Source: an uncultured delta proteobacterium (GTDB lineage Bacteria; Myxococcota_A; Polyangia; Polyangiales; Polyangiaceae). Taken from it: a DNA stretch of 64,000 nucleotides. Where the stretch lies: assembly GCA_963696385.1 (NCBI GenBank), contig CAVOKF010000004.1, positions 1,024,001-1,088,000 of the forward strand, read 5' to 3'. The translations under genes were made by a program, and so were the position numbers. The notes beneath the pieces are model-generated. The model worked only from the letters and a program-made list of their open reading frames with translations, was not told where the DNA came from and made no database searches. Positions within the stretch are counted from its first letter, which is position 1, and the number at the start of each line of letters is the position of its first letter. This document shows, piece after piece, positions 44,385 through 54,808 of this stretch.

Positions 44385-45485
44385 TCAAGCGACGAGCGCG
44401 ACGCTCTTGACCAGGGCGTGAACGACGAGCCCCGGTGCAAGCTCCAGCACATCGCGCGAGCGCCTCGTGATTCGCGCCAAGAGGGGGGTCTCCAAAGTCC
44501 CGACGGCAAGGCGAATGTTCACCCGGTCGGGACCGTCATCTTGCAGATCCACGATGCGCGCCGCGAGGACGTTGAGAATGCTGGTGCGGCCCGGTGGTTC
44601 ACGCGCAAGGCTGACGTCGCGGGCGAGCACGCGGACACGAACGTGCGCACCGTTCGGTCGATCGACCCGCCCGATCCAGAGCGACACGTCGCCGAACACC
44701 ACTCGGGTGAGCTGATCCGTCTCGTCGTATTCTGCCACCTCCGCGCCAATCACCACGCCACTCTCGTCGAATCGTGCGATCGGAAGGTCGAGCCGCGCGA
44801 GCATGTCCGCGGTGGGTCCGCTCGCGACGGCGCGACCGCTCTCGAGAAGCACGAAATGGTCGGCGAGCCGAGCAACCTCTTCGAGCGCGTGGCTGACGTA
44901 GATGATAGGAATCGACAGTCCATCGCGGAGCCGTTCCAGGTACGGGAGGAGCTCCGCTTTGCGGGCCAGATCTTGAGAAGCCAGCGGCTCGTCCATGAGC
45001 AAGAGCCGGGGGCCCGCGAGCAGAGATCGCGCGATGGCCACGCGCTGCCCCTCGCCACCGGAAAGGTGCGACGACGACCGATCAAGCAGGTGTCCAATGC
45101 CGAGAAGTTCGACCACGGACTGAACGTTGGCGAGGGCCCGGGCCCCGCCGCGTTTGCGACCGTAGGCGAGATTGCCTCGGACCGAGAGGTGGCGAAAAAG
45201 GCTCGGGTCTTGGAATACGTATCCCACGGCACGTTCGTGCGTCGGCACGAACACCCCGCGGTCATCGTCTTGCCAACAATCGTCGCCCACATGAACGGCG
45301 CCACTCGCACGCTCGAGTCCCGCGAGCACACGCAGGCACGTGGTCTTGCCCGAGCCGGAGGGCCCGAACAATGCCGTGATTCCACCGCCAGGCAGATCCA
45401 ACGCGACGCTAAGCCGAAAGCTGCCAAGCGAGAGGTCAAATGTCGCCCGAACGCGGCGGGATTCAGAACGGTCTTGGCTTGGCAC
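44385..45485 (-). CDS. modC: molybdate ABC transporter ATPase
   Basis: GPSGSGKT, LSGGE, MDEPLAS, TOBE tail. Confidence 0.93.
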   Translation of the reverse strand: MPSQDRSESRRVRATFDLSLGSFRLSVALDLPGGGITALFGPSGSGKTTCLRVLAGLERASGAVHVGDDCWQDDDRGVFVPTHERAVGYVFQDPSLFRHLSVRGNLAYGRKRGGARALANVQSVVELLGIGHLLDRSSSHLSGGEGQRVAIARSLLAGPRLLLMDEPLASQDLARKAELLPYLERLRDGLSIPIIYVSHALEEVARLADHFVLLESGRAVASGPTADMLARLDLPIARFDESGVVIGAEVAEYDETDQLTRVVFGDVSLWIGRVDRPNGAHVRVRVLARDVSLAREPPGRTSILNVLAARIVDLQDDGPDRVNIRLAVGTLETPLLARITRRSRDVLELAPGLVVHALVKSVALVA

Positions 45486-45559
45486 GGAAACGAGTGCAAC
45501 GCGAAAAGGACGAGGAGCGAGAAGGCCACCAGGCGACCCGTCGGGTCACGAACATCTTC

Positions 45560-45856
45560 TCAACCAAACTTGAACATGACTCCGTAGCCGCCGCGAGGGT
45601 AGCTCCATTCGACCTCGCCGCTGGGACCGCAGAGGACGCGGCAGGTTCCGCATTCAAGGCATCCGTCGACGCTGATCTCCACTTGCCCGGCGTCGTTGAC
45701 GTCGTAACAGCCCGCGGGGCAGGCCTTGGTCAGCGAGAGAAGTGCCTTGGACGGCTTGGCGTGTGGCTTTACTTTGATGTGAGGCCGGGCTGCGTCGACC
45801 TGATAGCGGTTCTGGAAAAGCTTCTGCTCAATCTTGACCGGAGTTGTCATCGCCAT
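45560..45856 (-). CDS. fixX: ferredoxin-like FixX
   Basis: [30 protein letters not shown]. Confidence 0.93.
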   Translation of the reverse strand: MAMTTPVKIEQKLFQNRYQVDAARPHIKVKPHAKPSKALLSLTKACPAGCYDVNDAGQVEISVDGCLECGTCRVLCGPSGEVEWSYPRGGYGVMFKFG

Positions 45857-47151
45857 ACCCTCGCCAGTTTGAACGCATCCCCGAGAAGTCCAGTCATTGT
45901 TCGCCCCTTGCGAAAGGATGACACGATCTCCCTTTCTTTCGTTAGCTTGTCCGTGCCGTCGACGCGAAACCATGTCTGCGAGGCTTGGCTCATCAGCCTC
46001 GGATACAAGTCGACCATGTGCCGGTTGCGGTGCATGAAGTTGGGCATGTCCTTGTACTTTTTCATGTCCTTCATCACGAACGTGGCGTCGAGGCGCCGCT
46101 TGTATTCGGCCAGGTTGGCGCTCGTGCATGCGGCTCCACGCCGATGAAGCTCGATGACGGTTTCGGCCGCGACGCACCCGGTCGTCATGGCCAGGTTCGA
46201 CCCCTCGCGGTGAAGGCCATTGACGAAGTGCCCGGAATCGCCCACGACAATCCAGCCGTCGCCGTACAGCTTGGGAATCGCGCGGTAGCCGCCCTCCGGA
46301 ATCAGATGCGCCGAGTACTCCTTGATTTCCGAACCAGTCAGCAGCGGCTTGAGGCTCGGATGGCTCTTGAATTTCTCGAGGAGCGCATAGGGTGTGATGC
46401 CCTTTTCCGCGAAGTCGGACACGAGACACCCGATCCCGACCGAAAGCGACTCTTTGTTCGTGTAAATGAATCCCATGCCGACCATTCCGTCGGTCACGGT
46501 GCCCATGGCTTCGATGACAACGCCTTCGTTGTCTTTCAGGTTGAAGCGATGGTCGATGACCTCTTGCGGCAAGAAGTGCATCTCTTTGACGGCCAAGGCC
46601 ACCGTTTCCGGTTTGAGCTCGGGGCGCAGTCCTGACCGTTGACCCACGAGGCCGTTGACTCCGTCGCCCAGGACGACGACGTTCGCAAGCAGGGGTCCGC
46701 CTTCGCGATCGGTCGTGACGCCGATGACCCGCCCGGAGGCGTCCTTGACGAGATCCGTCACCGTGGTCTCGCAAATGAGTGCTGCTCCAGCTTGGCGCAC
46801 GCGGCGACTGAACCACTTGTCGAAGGGGGCTCGAATGATCGTGTAGCGATTCGGCCGCTCCTCGTTGAAGTCTTCGGACCGGTAGTGCATGCCCATGTGC
46901 GAAGAGTCGTCGAGCATCCAGAGTCGCTGTTCAATCACGTGGCGTTCAAGCGGCGCGTCTTCGCGAAAATCCGGGATGATTTTTTCGAGCGCGTCCGCGT
47001 AGAGAATGGCCCCTTGGACATTCTTCGATCCGGGGTACTCCCCTCGTTCGAGCTGCAGGACGTTCAGCCCCGCTTTGGCCATCGTGTAGGCGGCGGCATT
47101 GCCCGCCGGCCCGGCGCCTACCACGATGGCGTCGAAGCGTTCACTTTCCAT
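45847..47151 (-). CDS. fixC: FAD oxidoreductase FixC
   Basis: [29 protein letters not shown]. Confidence 0.95.
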   Translation of the reverse strand: MESERFDAIVVGAGPAGNAAAYTMAKAGLNVLQLERGEYPGSKNVQGAILYADALEKIIPDFREDAPLERHVIEQRLWMLDDSSHMGMHYRSEDFNEERPNRYTIIRAPFDKWFSRRVRQAGAALICETTVTDLVKDASGRVIGVTTDREGGPLLANVVVLGDGVNGLVGQRSGLRPELKPETVALAVKEMHFLPQEVIDHRFNLKDNEGVVIEAMGTVTDGMVGMGFIYTNKESLSVGIGCLVSDFAEKGITPYALLEKFKSHPSLKPLLTGSEIKEYSAHLIPEGGYRAIPKLYGDGWIVVGDSGHFVNGLHREGSNLAMTTGCVAAETVIELHRRGAACTSANLAEYKRRLDATFVMKDMKKYKDMPNFMHRNRHMVDLYPRLMSQASQTWFRVDGTDKLTKEREIVSSFRKGRTMTGLLGDAFKLARVWR

Positions 47152-47166
47152 GGGCGTTCTCCTGGG

Positions 47167-48261
47167 TCATCCCGCCAAGCGCACCGCCGAAAGGCGTTTG
47201 CGAAAGGCTTCCGTCAGTGCGGGGAGCAAGTGCACCGCGTCTGCCACGATGCCGACGTGGGCGAAGTCGAAGATGGGGGCGTTCGGGTCCGTGTTGATGG
47301 CCACGATGAGGTCGGCCCCCTCGACCCCCACGCGATGTTGGACGGCGCCGGAGATGCCGGCAGCGACGTACAATTTGGGGCGAATCGTCTTACCTGTTTG
47401 ACCGATCTGCCGTTCTGCGGGGATCCACCCCTTTTGCATGACCGGCCGGCTGCCGCCGTGTTCCGCCCGAAGGACGGCCGCCAGGTCCTTCACCAGGCGG
47501 AAGTTCTCGGGCGATTTCAGGCCAAGCCCTCCGGCGACGACGATGTCCGCGTACGCGAGCTCGACCTGATCCGACGCGTGGTCGGGGATGAAGGAAAGAA
47601 CCTTGGTGACGATCGATTCCTCCGGCATGTCGACCGCAAGCTCGACGATCTGGCCCCTGCGTCCCGGCGTTCGCTGGGGCATCGAAAGGACGCGGGGCCG
47701 GACCGTGGCCATTTGCGGGCGGTAGTTCAACGTGAGAATCGTGCACAGGAGCGAGCCACCGAACGTGGGGCGCGTCGCGGCCAACGAACGTTCGTCGTCG
47801 ATGGCCAGGGCCGTGCAGTCCGCGGTCAATCCGGTCAGCAGGGTTGTCGCGACGGAGCCAGCCAAATCGCGTCCGAGTGTGGTAGCACCGAGAAGCAAGA
47901 TCTCCGGCTTATACGCGTGGACCAGCTCGGTCATGGCCTTGGTGAAAGGCTCATTGCGGTAGTCGGCCAGCACGGGGTCCGTCACGAGGTACATCACGTC
48001 AGCGCCGTGCTCGAAGCCTTCGTTGGCGGCGTGCAAAAGGCCGGAGCGGCTCGAGCCCAAGACAACACCCGCCAGCTCCACCCCCAGCTTGTCGGCGAGC
48101 TTTCGGCCCTCACCGAGCAGTTCGAGAGAGACAGGGTGGATTGCCTGCCGTTCGTACTCGACGAAGACCCAAACGTGCCGATAGACCTTCAGGTGCTCGG
48201 GAAGCTCCTTCTTCTTGGAGGCGCGTCCGCTGGCGGCCGCTTTCGCAGGAGCTTGCGTCAT
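47167..48261 (-). CDS. fixB: ETF alpha FixB
   Basis: [29 protein letters not shown]. Confidence 0.95.
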   Translation of the reverse strand: MTQAPAKAAASGRASKKKELPEHLKVYRHVWVFVEYERQAIHPVSLELLGEGRKLADKLGVELAGVVLGSSRSGLLHAANEGFEHGADVMYLVTDPVLADYRNEPFTKAMTELVHAYKPEILLLGATTLGRDLAGSVATTLLTGLTADCTALAIDDERSLAATRPTFGGSLLCTILTLNYRPQMATVRPRVLSMPQRTPGRRGQIVELAVDMPEESIVTKVLSFIPDHASDQVELAYADIVVAGGLGLKSPENFRLVKDLAAVLRAEHGGSRPVMQKGWIPAERQIGQTGKTIRPKLYVAAGISGAVQHRVGVEGADLIVAINTDPNAPIFDFAHVGIVADAVHLLPALTEAFRKRLSAVRLAG

Positions 48262-48277
48262 GGGTGACGGGTGCTTG

Positions 48278-48293
48278 AGCAACGTTCGTTCCA
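48278..48293 (-). promoter_or_regulatory. sigma54 promoter for fixBCX-modC
   Basis: TGGAAC-gaacg-TTGCT; twin UAS at 48442-48457 and 48464-48479. Confidence 0.65.
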
Positions 48294-48527
48294 GCCCTGG
48301 CGTCAGGCCGACCCCGGTGAATTCCGCGGAGTGCCGAACCGTCCCCTTTTGCAGCCAAGCCCCGAGCCTCGTGAGGTTTCGGACCACGCGGGGTGCACCG
48401 GAGGGCCCTCGTCCGCTCAAGCGGTGGCCCGATCGCCGGATTGTTGGACACCGCACACGGTCTTGTCGATCATCCGACAACTCGCGTTTTGGGCGTCGCA
48501 TTCCCGGCCAAAGGCCCGGCTTTGCCC

Positions 48528-48543
48528 TGGTACGCGAGTTGCT
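48528..48543 (+). promoter_or_regulatory. sigma54 promoter for the SIR2-like gene
   Basis: TGGTAC-gcgag-TTGCT. Confidence 0.75.
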
Positions 48544-48654
48544 GGGTCGAGAGCGCGCCGCTCCATCCGCTTCCCGAAGGGGGCCAGGGGGCGCGCATGC
48601 GTGATGACGCGACTCGTGTTCCAAAGCCCCGCTTTCTCGAAAGGAAGAAAAGAC

Positions 48655-49545
48655 GTGACCCTAGCCGCCCCCACCGTGGAGCCGCTTTCCTGGACCGCGA
48701 TCGAGCCCCACCCGGACAGTTGGTTTCGGGAAGTCAGCGAGGGCCTACGCGCGGGAAGGTTGGCTCCGTATCTGGGTCCGGGAGTCATCGAACTTGCGCG
48801 CGCCTCCGTCCCATCGACGCAAGAGGCGCTCGCGGCGTTTTTGGGAGGCAAGGTCGCGCTGCCGCGCCGCGCGCGGGGTAACCTCGGGGCGGCCGCCCAA
48901 TACATCGAAAGCCACCGGCACAGGAGCGTGGTCGTTCAATTGATGGCGGAGGCCTTCGCCGTGCCGGTGTCGCCTCTTGCCATTCATCGGTACCTCGCCG
49001 AGCTGCCGCTGCCCCTCGTCGTCGACACCTGGTACGACGGCGCGATGCGCGCGGCCTTGGCGGGCCGGGCTAATTGGGGCGAAATTCAGGGCGTTCGCCG
49101 CTCGGGACTCGGCGGGGATCCGTACTACGCGACGTACGACGCAACCGGAGTGGCGTGCCCGATCGAGGTGGCAGACGGGTGGAAAACGGTTCTCTATAAG
49201 CCGCATGGTGCGAGCACGCCGGCGAAAAACTTCTTGGTCTCGGACTCGGACTACGTAGAAGTTTTGACCGAGATCGATATTCAGACCCCCATTCCTGAAG
49301 TGGTCAAGACGCGGCGTTCTCGCGTTGGCTTCGTGTTTCTCGGTTGTCGCCTCAACGACCAAACTTTGCGCTGCTACGCTCGTCAGCTGCTCAAGCGATC
49401 GGGCGAACGCCACTTCATCGTGATCGAGCCGGGTGTCGCAACCAGAAACGAGCGGCGTTTCATCAGCGAGCACGGCCTGATGGCGCTCGTGAGCCCGTTG
49501 GCCGCCGCCCTCGATCAGTTGACGGCCTTTCCGCGTGCGGCTTGA
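48655..49545 (+). CDS. nif-associated SIR2-like domain protein
   Basis: [35 protein letters not shown]. Confidence 0.8.
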   Translation: MTLAAPTVEPLSWTAIEPHPDSWFREVSEGLRAGRLAPYLGPGVIELARASVPSTQEALAAFLGGKVALPRRARGNLGAAAQYIESHRHRSVVVQLMAEAFAVPVSPLAIHRYLAELPLPLVVDTWYDGAMRAALAGRANWGEIQGVRRSGLGGDPYYATYDATGVACPIEVADGWKTVLYKPHGASTPAKNFLVSDSDYVEVLTEIDIQTPIPEVVKTRRSRVGFVFLGCRLNDQTLRCYARQLLKRSGERHFIVIEPGVATRNERRFISEHGLMALVSPLAAALDQLTAFPRAA

Positions 49546-49662
49546 CCCCTTGTCAGTTGATGACTGAGGCTTGGCTGGCTTGGACATGGGGGAGGCAACG
49601 CGACCCGGAATGGCCCTTGCTTGGGTAGCTCGCATGGTTCCGACTGCAACCGCCGGTATGCC

Positions 49663-50181
49663 ATGAAACTGAGCGCCGACGTTCGGCTGCCGTTTGGGCG
49701 TGAAACCGTATACGTCGCGTATCGCGACGAGATGGGCAAGGTGCTCGAATTTTTGCCGAGCGTTCGGGCCGTCGACCTGAAAGCGCGACGTGAGGACGCG
49801 TTGGGGGTGCATCTGGTCCGCGAGTGGCACGGAGGAGGGGAGGTTCCCGCCGCCGTTCGCGGGATCGTGACCGAGTCCATGCTTGCGTGGGACGACTACG
49901 CGACTTGGGACGCGACGTCGTACTCCTGTGACTGGCAGATCGAATCGCGCAGCTTCCCGGACGCTCTTCGCTGCCGCGGCCGCACGTCATTCGTCGACGA
50001 GGGCGCAGGACAAACTCTCCTTGCCCTCCGCGGCACTATCGAGGTGCAGGCCCGCAGGCTCCCTGGAGTCCCGCCATTTCTGGCGGTTTCCGTGGCTCGT
50101 TCGGTGGAGGAGTTCTTGGTGGACAAAATTGAATCGAACGTGCGGCACGCGGTCGGCTGGTTCGAGAGGAATCGACCATGA
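49663..50181 (+). CDS. DUF2505/SRPBCC-like protein
   Basis: VYVAYRD...W.GGGEVP...WDDYATWD; myxobacterial-style family. Confidence 0.55.
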   Translation: MKLSADVRLPFGRETVYVAYRDEMGKVLEFLPSVRAVDLKARREDALGVHLVREWHGGGEVPAAVRGIVTESMLAWDDYATWDATSYSCDWQIESRSFPDALRCRGRTSFVDEGAGQTLLALRGTIEVQARRLPGVPPFLAVSVARSVEEFLVDKIESNVRHAVGWFERNRP

Positions 50182-51182
50182 ACGCCCCGCCTCGCTCGAC
50201 CGGCTCCGGCGAGAGCCACGTTCTGCCGGTCCGTCTGCGGGAACTCCAATCGAAGTTTGAGGATCATGTCATCCTTGCGGTGCAAGGTTGGAATAAGCAC
50301 ATTGTCGACGAGACCCAACTCGAGGGCATGAGCGCGTACGCGAAGGCCGACGCCCGGGCCAAAGCCAGAGCGGAGGGCCTCGACGGATTCCTGCTCACGC
50401 TGGACTCTGCGAGTTACGATGCCGTGATGCGGGGCGCTGACGACCGCGCGCTCCGGCACGAAATGTACGAGGCCTATGCGACCCGCGCCTCCGATCGCGG
50501 ACCCCGGGCCTACCGGTTCGACAACGGCCCGATCATCGAGAACATCTTGGCCTTCCGTCACCAGGAGGCCACCCGGCTCGGCTTTCCGAACTATGCGGAG
50601 TGGTTGCTGCAAACGGAGGTGGGCGGGACGGCAGACGACGTGGAGCGCCTTCTGCTCGAGCTCAATGCGAAGGTGCGCGGGCGTGCCCAGGCCGAGCTAC
50701 ACGAGGTGTGGGCGTTCGCCAAGGCGGAGCACGGATTGAAGGGATTTCGCCCCTGGGATCTTCGGTATTACACAGAAAGGCTGGAACGAACGAAGCACGG
50801 TGTCGCTGACGTTCAGACAGGTGAATCGTTGCCCGGCACGATCCGCGGGCAGCCGATCTCCGGCGGCTCGTGCGATGTCGCGCTGACGCGGCTTTATGAG
50901 ATCGAAGCGGCGCTCTTCGATCTGCGAGTGCACCGCGACTATGTCCCCGCCGAGAAGGCATCTCGGCTACGCTCGCACGTCTTGGACACGCTGGCCCAGG
51001 CCCGTCGAGAGGTTAGCCTGCTGCCGCCGCCCCCGTGGGACCGGTTCGCCAGTAGCTTCGGGGTCGGCTTTGGCAACCGCTCGGCGCCCACCTGGGTCAT
51101 GGGCCTTTTTCTGCAATCCGGGCACGCCGACGATCCCGTCGGACGATTTAACGAGGGCGCTGGCGGGCTTACCAATGGCTAG
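50178..51182 (+). CDS. M3 oligopeptidase A-like protein with large internal deletion (no HExxH)
   Basis: LRHEMYEAYATRAS..DNGP, LGFPNYAE, PWDLRYY, FDLRVH; metalloprotease motif absent. Confidence 0.65.
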   Translation: MNAPPRSTGSGESHVLPVRLRELQSKFEDHVILAVQGWNKHIVDETQLEGMSAYAKADARAKARAEGLDGFLLTLDSASYDAVMRGADDRALRHEMYEAYATRASDRGPRAYRFDNGPIIENILAFRHQEATRLGFPNYAEWLLQTEVGGTADDVERLLLELNAKVRGRAQAELHEVWAFAKAEHGLKGFRPWDLRYYTERLERTKHGVADVQTGESLPGTIRGQPISGGSCDVALTRLYEIEAALFDLRVHRDYVPAEKASRLRSHVLDTLAQARREVSLLPPPPWDRFASSFGVGFGNRSAPTWVMGLFLQSGHADDPVGRFNEGAGGLTNG

Positions 51183-51311
51183 CCGGAACCGCGACGATGC
51201 GCTCTCGCCATCATGCGCCCCGCATTCGGCGTACGGACATTCCGTGTGAAGTTTGTCGGAACTGCGACACGAGGCATGAACGAAGAGAGCGGATTCTCGC
51301 CGGCTGGGCTG

Positions 51312-51327
51312 TGGCACGTATCTCGCT
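51312..51327 (+). promoter_or_regulatory. sigma54 promoter for the HesB-globin genes
   Basis: TGGCAC-gtatc-TCGCT; UAS at 51254-51269. Confidence 0.72.
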
Positions 51328-51340
51328 ACGAGTCTAAACG

Positions 51341-51748
51341 ATGGCGCCCAATTCGATGACAAGCGACACGCTTTCCCTCTCGCCCTCGGCATCGCCCTCG
51401 AACTCGCCCGCCGTAACGGCCGCAGCGGAACAATTCATGCGGCGCATGGTGCGGTTCGGGGGCGCCGGCGCCGGCTTTCGACTCGTGGTGAGTCTCGGTG
51501 GGTGTTCGGGGTTGGGTTCGGAGTTCAGTCTCGAATCCGGGCCGAGGCCGGGCGACCGCGTTCTCGAGGTGAACGGCCTGAAGATTTTTCTCCCCGCCCA
51601 AAGTTACGAGCTTCTCGATGGGGTCACCATCGACTTCGCCGACACGCGAATACAAACGGGGTTGACCTTTCTGCATGCGAAGGCGAGTGGCGGATGCCAG
51701 ACGAGCAGCGCGCCCAAGTTGGTGCAGCTCGCGCCGCTCCGCTCCTGA
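51341..51748 (+). CDS. HesB/IscA-like carrier (paralog of 33279-33671)
   Basis: AEQFMRRMVRFGG..GFRLVVSLGGCSGL. Confidence 0.8.
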   Translation: MAPNSMTSDTLSLSPSASPSNSPAVTAAAEQFMRRMVRFGGAGAGFRLVVSLGGCSGLGSEFSLESGPRPGDRVLEVNGLKIFLPAQSYELLDGVTIDFADTRIQTGLTFLHAKASGGCQTSSAPKLVQLAPLRS

Positions 51749-51804
51749 CCGCGGACGGTGGATGGGCGCATGCTGCTGCGAGGCCAGCCTCGGACACGAA
51801 CCCC

Positions 51805-52218
51805 ATGGCGGCGATGGAATTGAAAACGGCGGAGGTGCCCAACCCGCACTTTGCCCGGATAGGCGGCGCGCCCGTCGTTCGTCTCCTTGTGGAGTCGTTC
51901 TATCGCCGGATGGACACGTTGCCCGAGGCGGCCGGTATCCGTGCGATGCACGCCGAGGATCTCACCGAGATTAAATTCGTGCTCCAGCTCTATCTCGTGG
52001 AGTGGCTGGGCGGTCCGAAGGACTACAGTCAGCGTCGCGGTCCCCCGAGACTGCGCGCGCGGCACTCGATGTTCCCCATCGGCGTCGCGGAGCGCGACGC
52101 ATGGATGCTGTGCATGCGCGGCGCGCTCGACGAGGTCGTCGCGGACGCGGAGCTCCGGAATCAGCTCGAGAACGCGTTCTTGCGGACCGCGAACGCGATC
52201 GTGAACACGCGCCCCTGA
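51805..52218 (+). CDS. group II truncated haemoglobin
   Basis: IGG...LVESFY..MD, WLGGP..YS..RG.PRLRARH..FPIG..ERDAW. Confidence 0.9.
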   Translation: MAAMELKTAEVPNPHFARIGGAPVVRLLVESFYRRMDTLPEAAGIRAMHAEDLTEIKFVLQLYLVEWLGGPKDYSQRRGPPRLRARHSMFPIGVAERDAWMLCMRGALDEVVADAELRNQLENAFLRTANAIVNTRP

Positions 52219-52344
52219 GTGAGACCGTCAGCCCTCCTCCCGCGTGGAGCAGGTCCCAAAGTGGCGTAGACGCGTAAGAAAGGCCCACGTGATTCACGCG
52301 GCATCGGGTTTCTGGCTCCAGGGCGCTTTCCTACGCAGGCAATC

Positions 52345-52360
52345 CGGCACGGTTCGTGCT
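52345..52360 (+). promoter_or_regulatory. sigma54 promoter for the FeSII-rubrerythrin genes
   Basis: CGGCAC-ggttc-GTGCT; no clean UAS seen nearby. Confidence 0.6.
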
Positions 52361-52395
52361 GAGCCGGATCGAACGAACAGGAGCGCGAATCCGAT

Positions 52396-53304
52396 ATGGC
52401 CAACGTAACATTCTCTTCTCCGGTGATGGCGCGGGACATCACCGTCTATGCCGTCGCGGGGGATCGCGGAACCATCCTCGCACTCGCCAAGGAGCACAAG
52501 ATTCCCATCCCTTTCGATTGCCAGGACGGCGAGTGCGGATCCTGTCTCGTCGAAATCAAGCACCTATCGGTCGGCGCGCGGTACGGCATCGCACTCACCG
52601 AGAAGGAGAAGGAACTCCTCCGGCAACTCGGCAGGATTAGCCGGGAAGAGATCAAGGACGCCGAGGTCAACGACATGCCGCCGCGGTTCCGACTGGCGTG
52701 CCAGTGCTTCGTTCGAAACGAGGATATTATCGTGTCCTTCGAGGGGGATACGACGCTGCCCCCCAAGGGGCCGGCTCTCTCGATCGCCGCGGCCGTTTAC
52801 CGGGGCGGCGTCTCGATCCGAACGCTGGAGGAGTTCTTGAGCTATGCGGTCAAAGTCGAGGAGGACGCGGCTATCCACTTCGAACGCCTCGCAGAGGCAA
52901 TGGATGCTTGCGGCAATCGGGATGTGGCCGTGCTGTTTCGCCAACTCGGTGGGTATTCTCGCCTCCATCTCGAAGAGGCCAAAGCGAAGTCCGTGGCGCA
53001 CGGAGTCGTGGTGACCCTTCCTGCCAACTCCGCATGGCCCGATCACGAGACACCGGAGCGTACGGCGTTCTGGGCGGGGCACCCCTCGCGCTCGCGGCTC
53101 GACGCGCTCAAGGCCGCGCTCCAAGGCGAGCGGCGCGGCTTCGAATTCTATTTTGCCGTCGCCGGGACCACGACGGATGCGGGCATCCGTGCCGTGGCCA
53201 AAGAGTTCGTCAAAGAAGAAACGGAACACGTCGATACGCTCAAACAGTGGATCGCGAAAGAAGAAGCCTCGCTGCGAGCGCCGTTCGAGGGCGTCACCTC
53301 ATGA
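52396..53304 (+). CDS. FeSII (Shethna II)-like 2Fe-2S ferredoxin fused to a rubrerythrin/ferritin-like domain
   Basis: TFSSP..VAGDRGT..IPFDCQDGECGSCLV..LTEKE..DMPPRFRLACQ..ED; C-terminal four-helix bundle with EETEH. Confidence 0.85.
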   Translation: MANVTFSSPVMARDITVYAVAGDRGTILALAKEHKIPIPFDCQDGECGSCLVEIKHLSVGARYGIALTEKEKELLRQLGRISREEIKDAEVNDMPPRFRLACQCFVRNEDIIVSFEGDTTLPPKGPALSIAAAVYRGGVSIRTLEEFLSYAVKVEEDAAIHFERLAEAMDACGNRDVAVLFRQLGGYSRLHLEEAKAKSVAHGVVVTLPANSAWPDHETPERTAFWAGHPSRSRLDALKAALQGERRGFEFYFAVAGTTTDAGIRAVAKEFVKEETEHVDTLKQWIAKEEASLRAPFEGVTS

Positions 53305-53332
53305 TGCGGGCGGAGGCGAAGGAAAAGTCGCG

Positions 53333-53788
53333 ATGAACGACGTGAACACCTTTCTGGCGCACGCCATCCAACTCGAACGCGACGCGGCGCGGCGTTTCGA
53401 AGACTTGTCGCATTCGATGCAAACCGCCGGCAACCGTGAGGTCGAAGCGCTCTTTCGTCGCCTCGGGGAGTTTTCGAGGCTACACCTCCAGACGGCCCTG
53501 GCGCGCGGCGGCTTCCGGAGCCTGCCGGAGATTTCACCGGCCGAATTTCAGTGGCCCGACGGCGTCACACCCGAAGCGGCGGGGTGGCAAGGTGTCGACG
53601 CCGGGCTCGACGTGCACGGCGCGTTGCAGGTCGCGCTCGAAGGCGAGCGCAGCGGCCACGCCTACTACGAGGCGATTGCCCACACCTCGGACGATCCCGA
53701 AGTGGCCACGATGGCGCTCTCGTTCGCGGAGGAAGAGGCGCAACATGTCTCCGAACTGGAGCGCTGGGTCGCACGTTTTTCGCCCTGA
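53333..53788 (+). CDS. rubrerythrin/ferritin-like protein
   Basis: AIQLERDA..F, ALEGE...YY, EEEAQH. Confidence 0.85.
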   Translation: MNDVNTFLAHAIQLERDAARRFEDLSHSMQTAGNREVEALFRRLGEFSRLHLQTALARGGFRSLPEISPAEFQWPDGVTPEAAGWQGVDAGLDVHGALQVALEGERSGHAYYEAIAHTSDDPEVATMALSFAEEEAQHVSELERWVARFSP

Positions 53789-53908
53789 CACCGCGGTCCG
53801 AAAAATGTCGTACGCTCAGTGTTCGCGGCTCCGGCGCTCGGCGCAGCGCTGGCGAATGTTCGTTTGTCATTTGCAGTTGGGCGATCAGCCCAGCACGCGA
53901 GGCTCGCC

Positions 53909-54115
53909 ATGACGGACCATGTGTACAAGATTGAAGAGTTCGTGGGATCGTCTCCGATTGGACAAGATGAGGCGATTCGAAACGCGATCAAGCGGGCGGC
54001 CGAGACGCTGCACCGTCTTCGATGGTTCGAGGTGACGGAAACTCGGGGCCAGATCACGGACGGCCGTATCGTGCATTGGCAAGTTACGGTGCGCGTGGGT
54101 TCGACGCTCGAATAG
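53909..54115 (+). CDS. dodecin (flavin-binding)
   Basis: DHVYK.EEFVGSS...LRWFEV.E.RG...HWQVT. Confidence 0.9.
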   Translation: MTDHVYKIEEFVGSSPIGQDEAIRNAIKRAAETLHRLRWFEVTETRGQITDGRIVHWQVTVRVGSTLE

Positions 54116-54401
54116 TGCCTTCTCACGGCGACCCGCCCGATGAGATCGAGCGGGGGGCGCGTCACGGCCTTCATTGCCCGCCGTCCCGTGTCGCGACACC
54201 GACAAGACCTGGAACGAACGACATCGCTCCAGCCGGAAGTTGCCTCTCGTCACTTATGGACCGGCGCCAGAGCTCGGTCGGCGCCTTCTTCGATCTCATC
54301 GTCGACGAACGCCCTTGTCAGGAACCGTACAGGGTCGCAAACCTCGCAAAGGCAACGCCGTCGACGCGACGAATGCAGCGGTAAAACAAGGCACTCCTGG
54401 C

Positions 54402-54417
54402 TGGCACGGGCGTTGCG
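54402..54417 (+). promoter_or_regulatory. sigma54 promoter for FeSI-ygfZ
   Basis: TGGCAC-gggcg-TTGCG; UAS at 54189-54204 and 54316-54331. Confidence 0.8.
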
Positions 54418-54438
54418 CTCAGGATGGGATGGAGCACG

Positions 54439-54783
54439 ATGGACGCCCCCGCAGCACTCGAATTACCGGTCGTTTTCCGACACCATGCGTTTTGCTGCTT
54501 TCAGCAACGCCCGCCGGGGCACCCACGCGGGAGCTGCTCCGGCCTGGGTGCCGGCCCGCTCTGGGAGCGCCTCAGCGGACAACTGCAAGCAAAGGGGCTC
54601 GCCGACGCTTCGCTGGTCGCGACGGGCTGCCTCGGCTTTTGCGGGGCCGGTCCGCTCATGGTCGTGTACCCCGCCGGGGTCTGGTACCAGCCGCGAACGC
54701 CCGCCGACATCGACGAGATCGTGCAGTCGCATTTCGTCGAGGGCAAACCGGTCGAGAGGCTCATCGTCGTGCTGAAGGGCTAG
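54439..54783 (+). CDS. thioredoxin-like 2Fe-2S ferredoxin (FeSI/Shethna I family)
   Basis: HAFCC.Q.RPPGHPRGSC; GCLGFC..GP.MVVYP.GVWY. Confidence 0.88.
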   Translation: MDAPAALELPVVFRHHAFCCFQQRPPGHPRGSCSGLGAGPLWERLSGQLQAKGLADASLVATGCLGFCGAGPLMVVYPAGVWYQPRTPADIDEIVQSHFVEGKPVERLIVVLKG

Positions 54784-54808
54784 CGCACGCGAAGGAGACC
54801 CATTGCAG

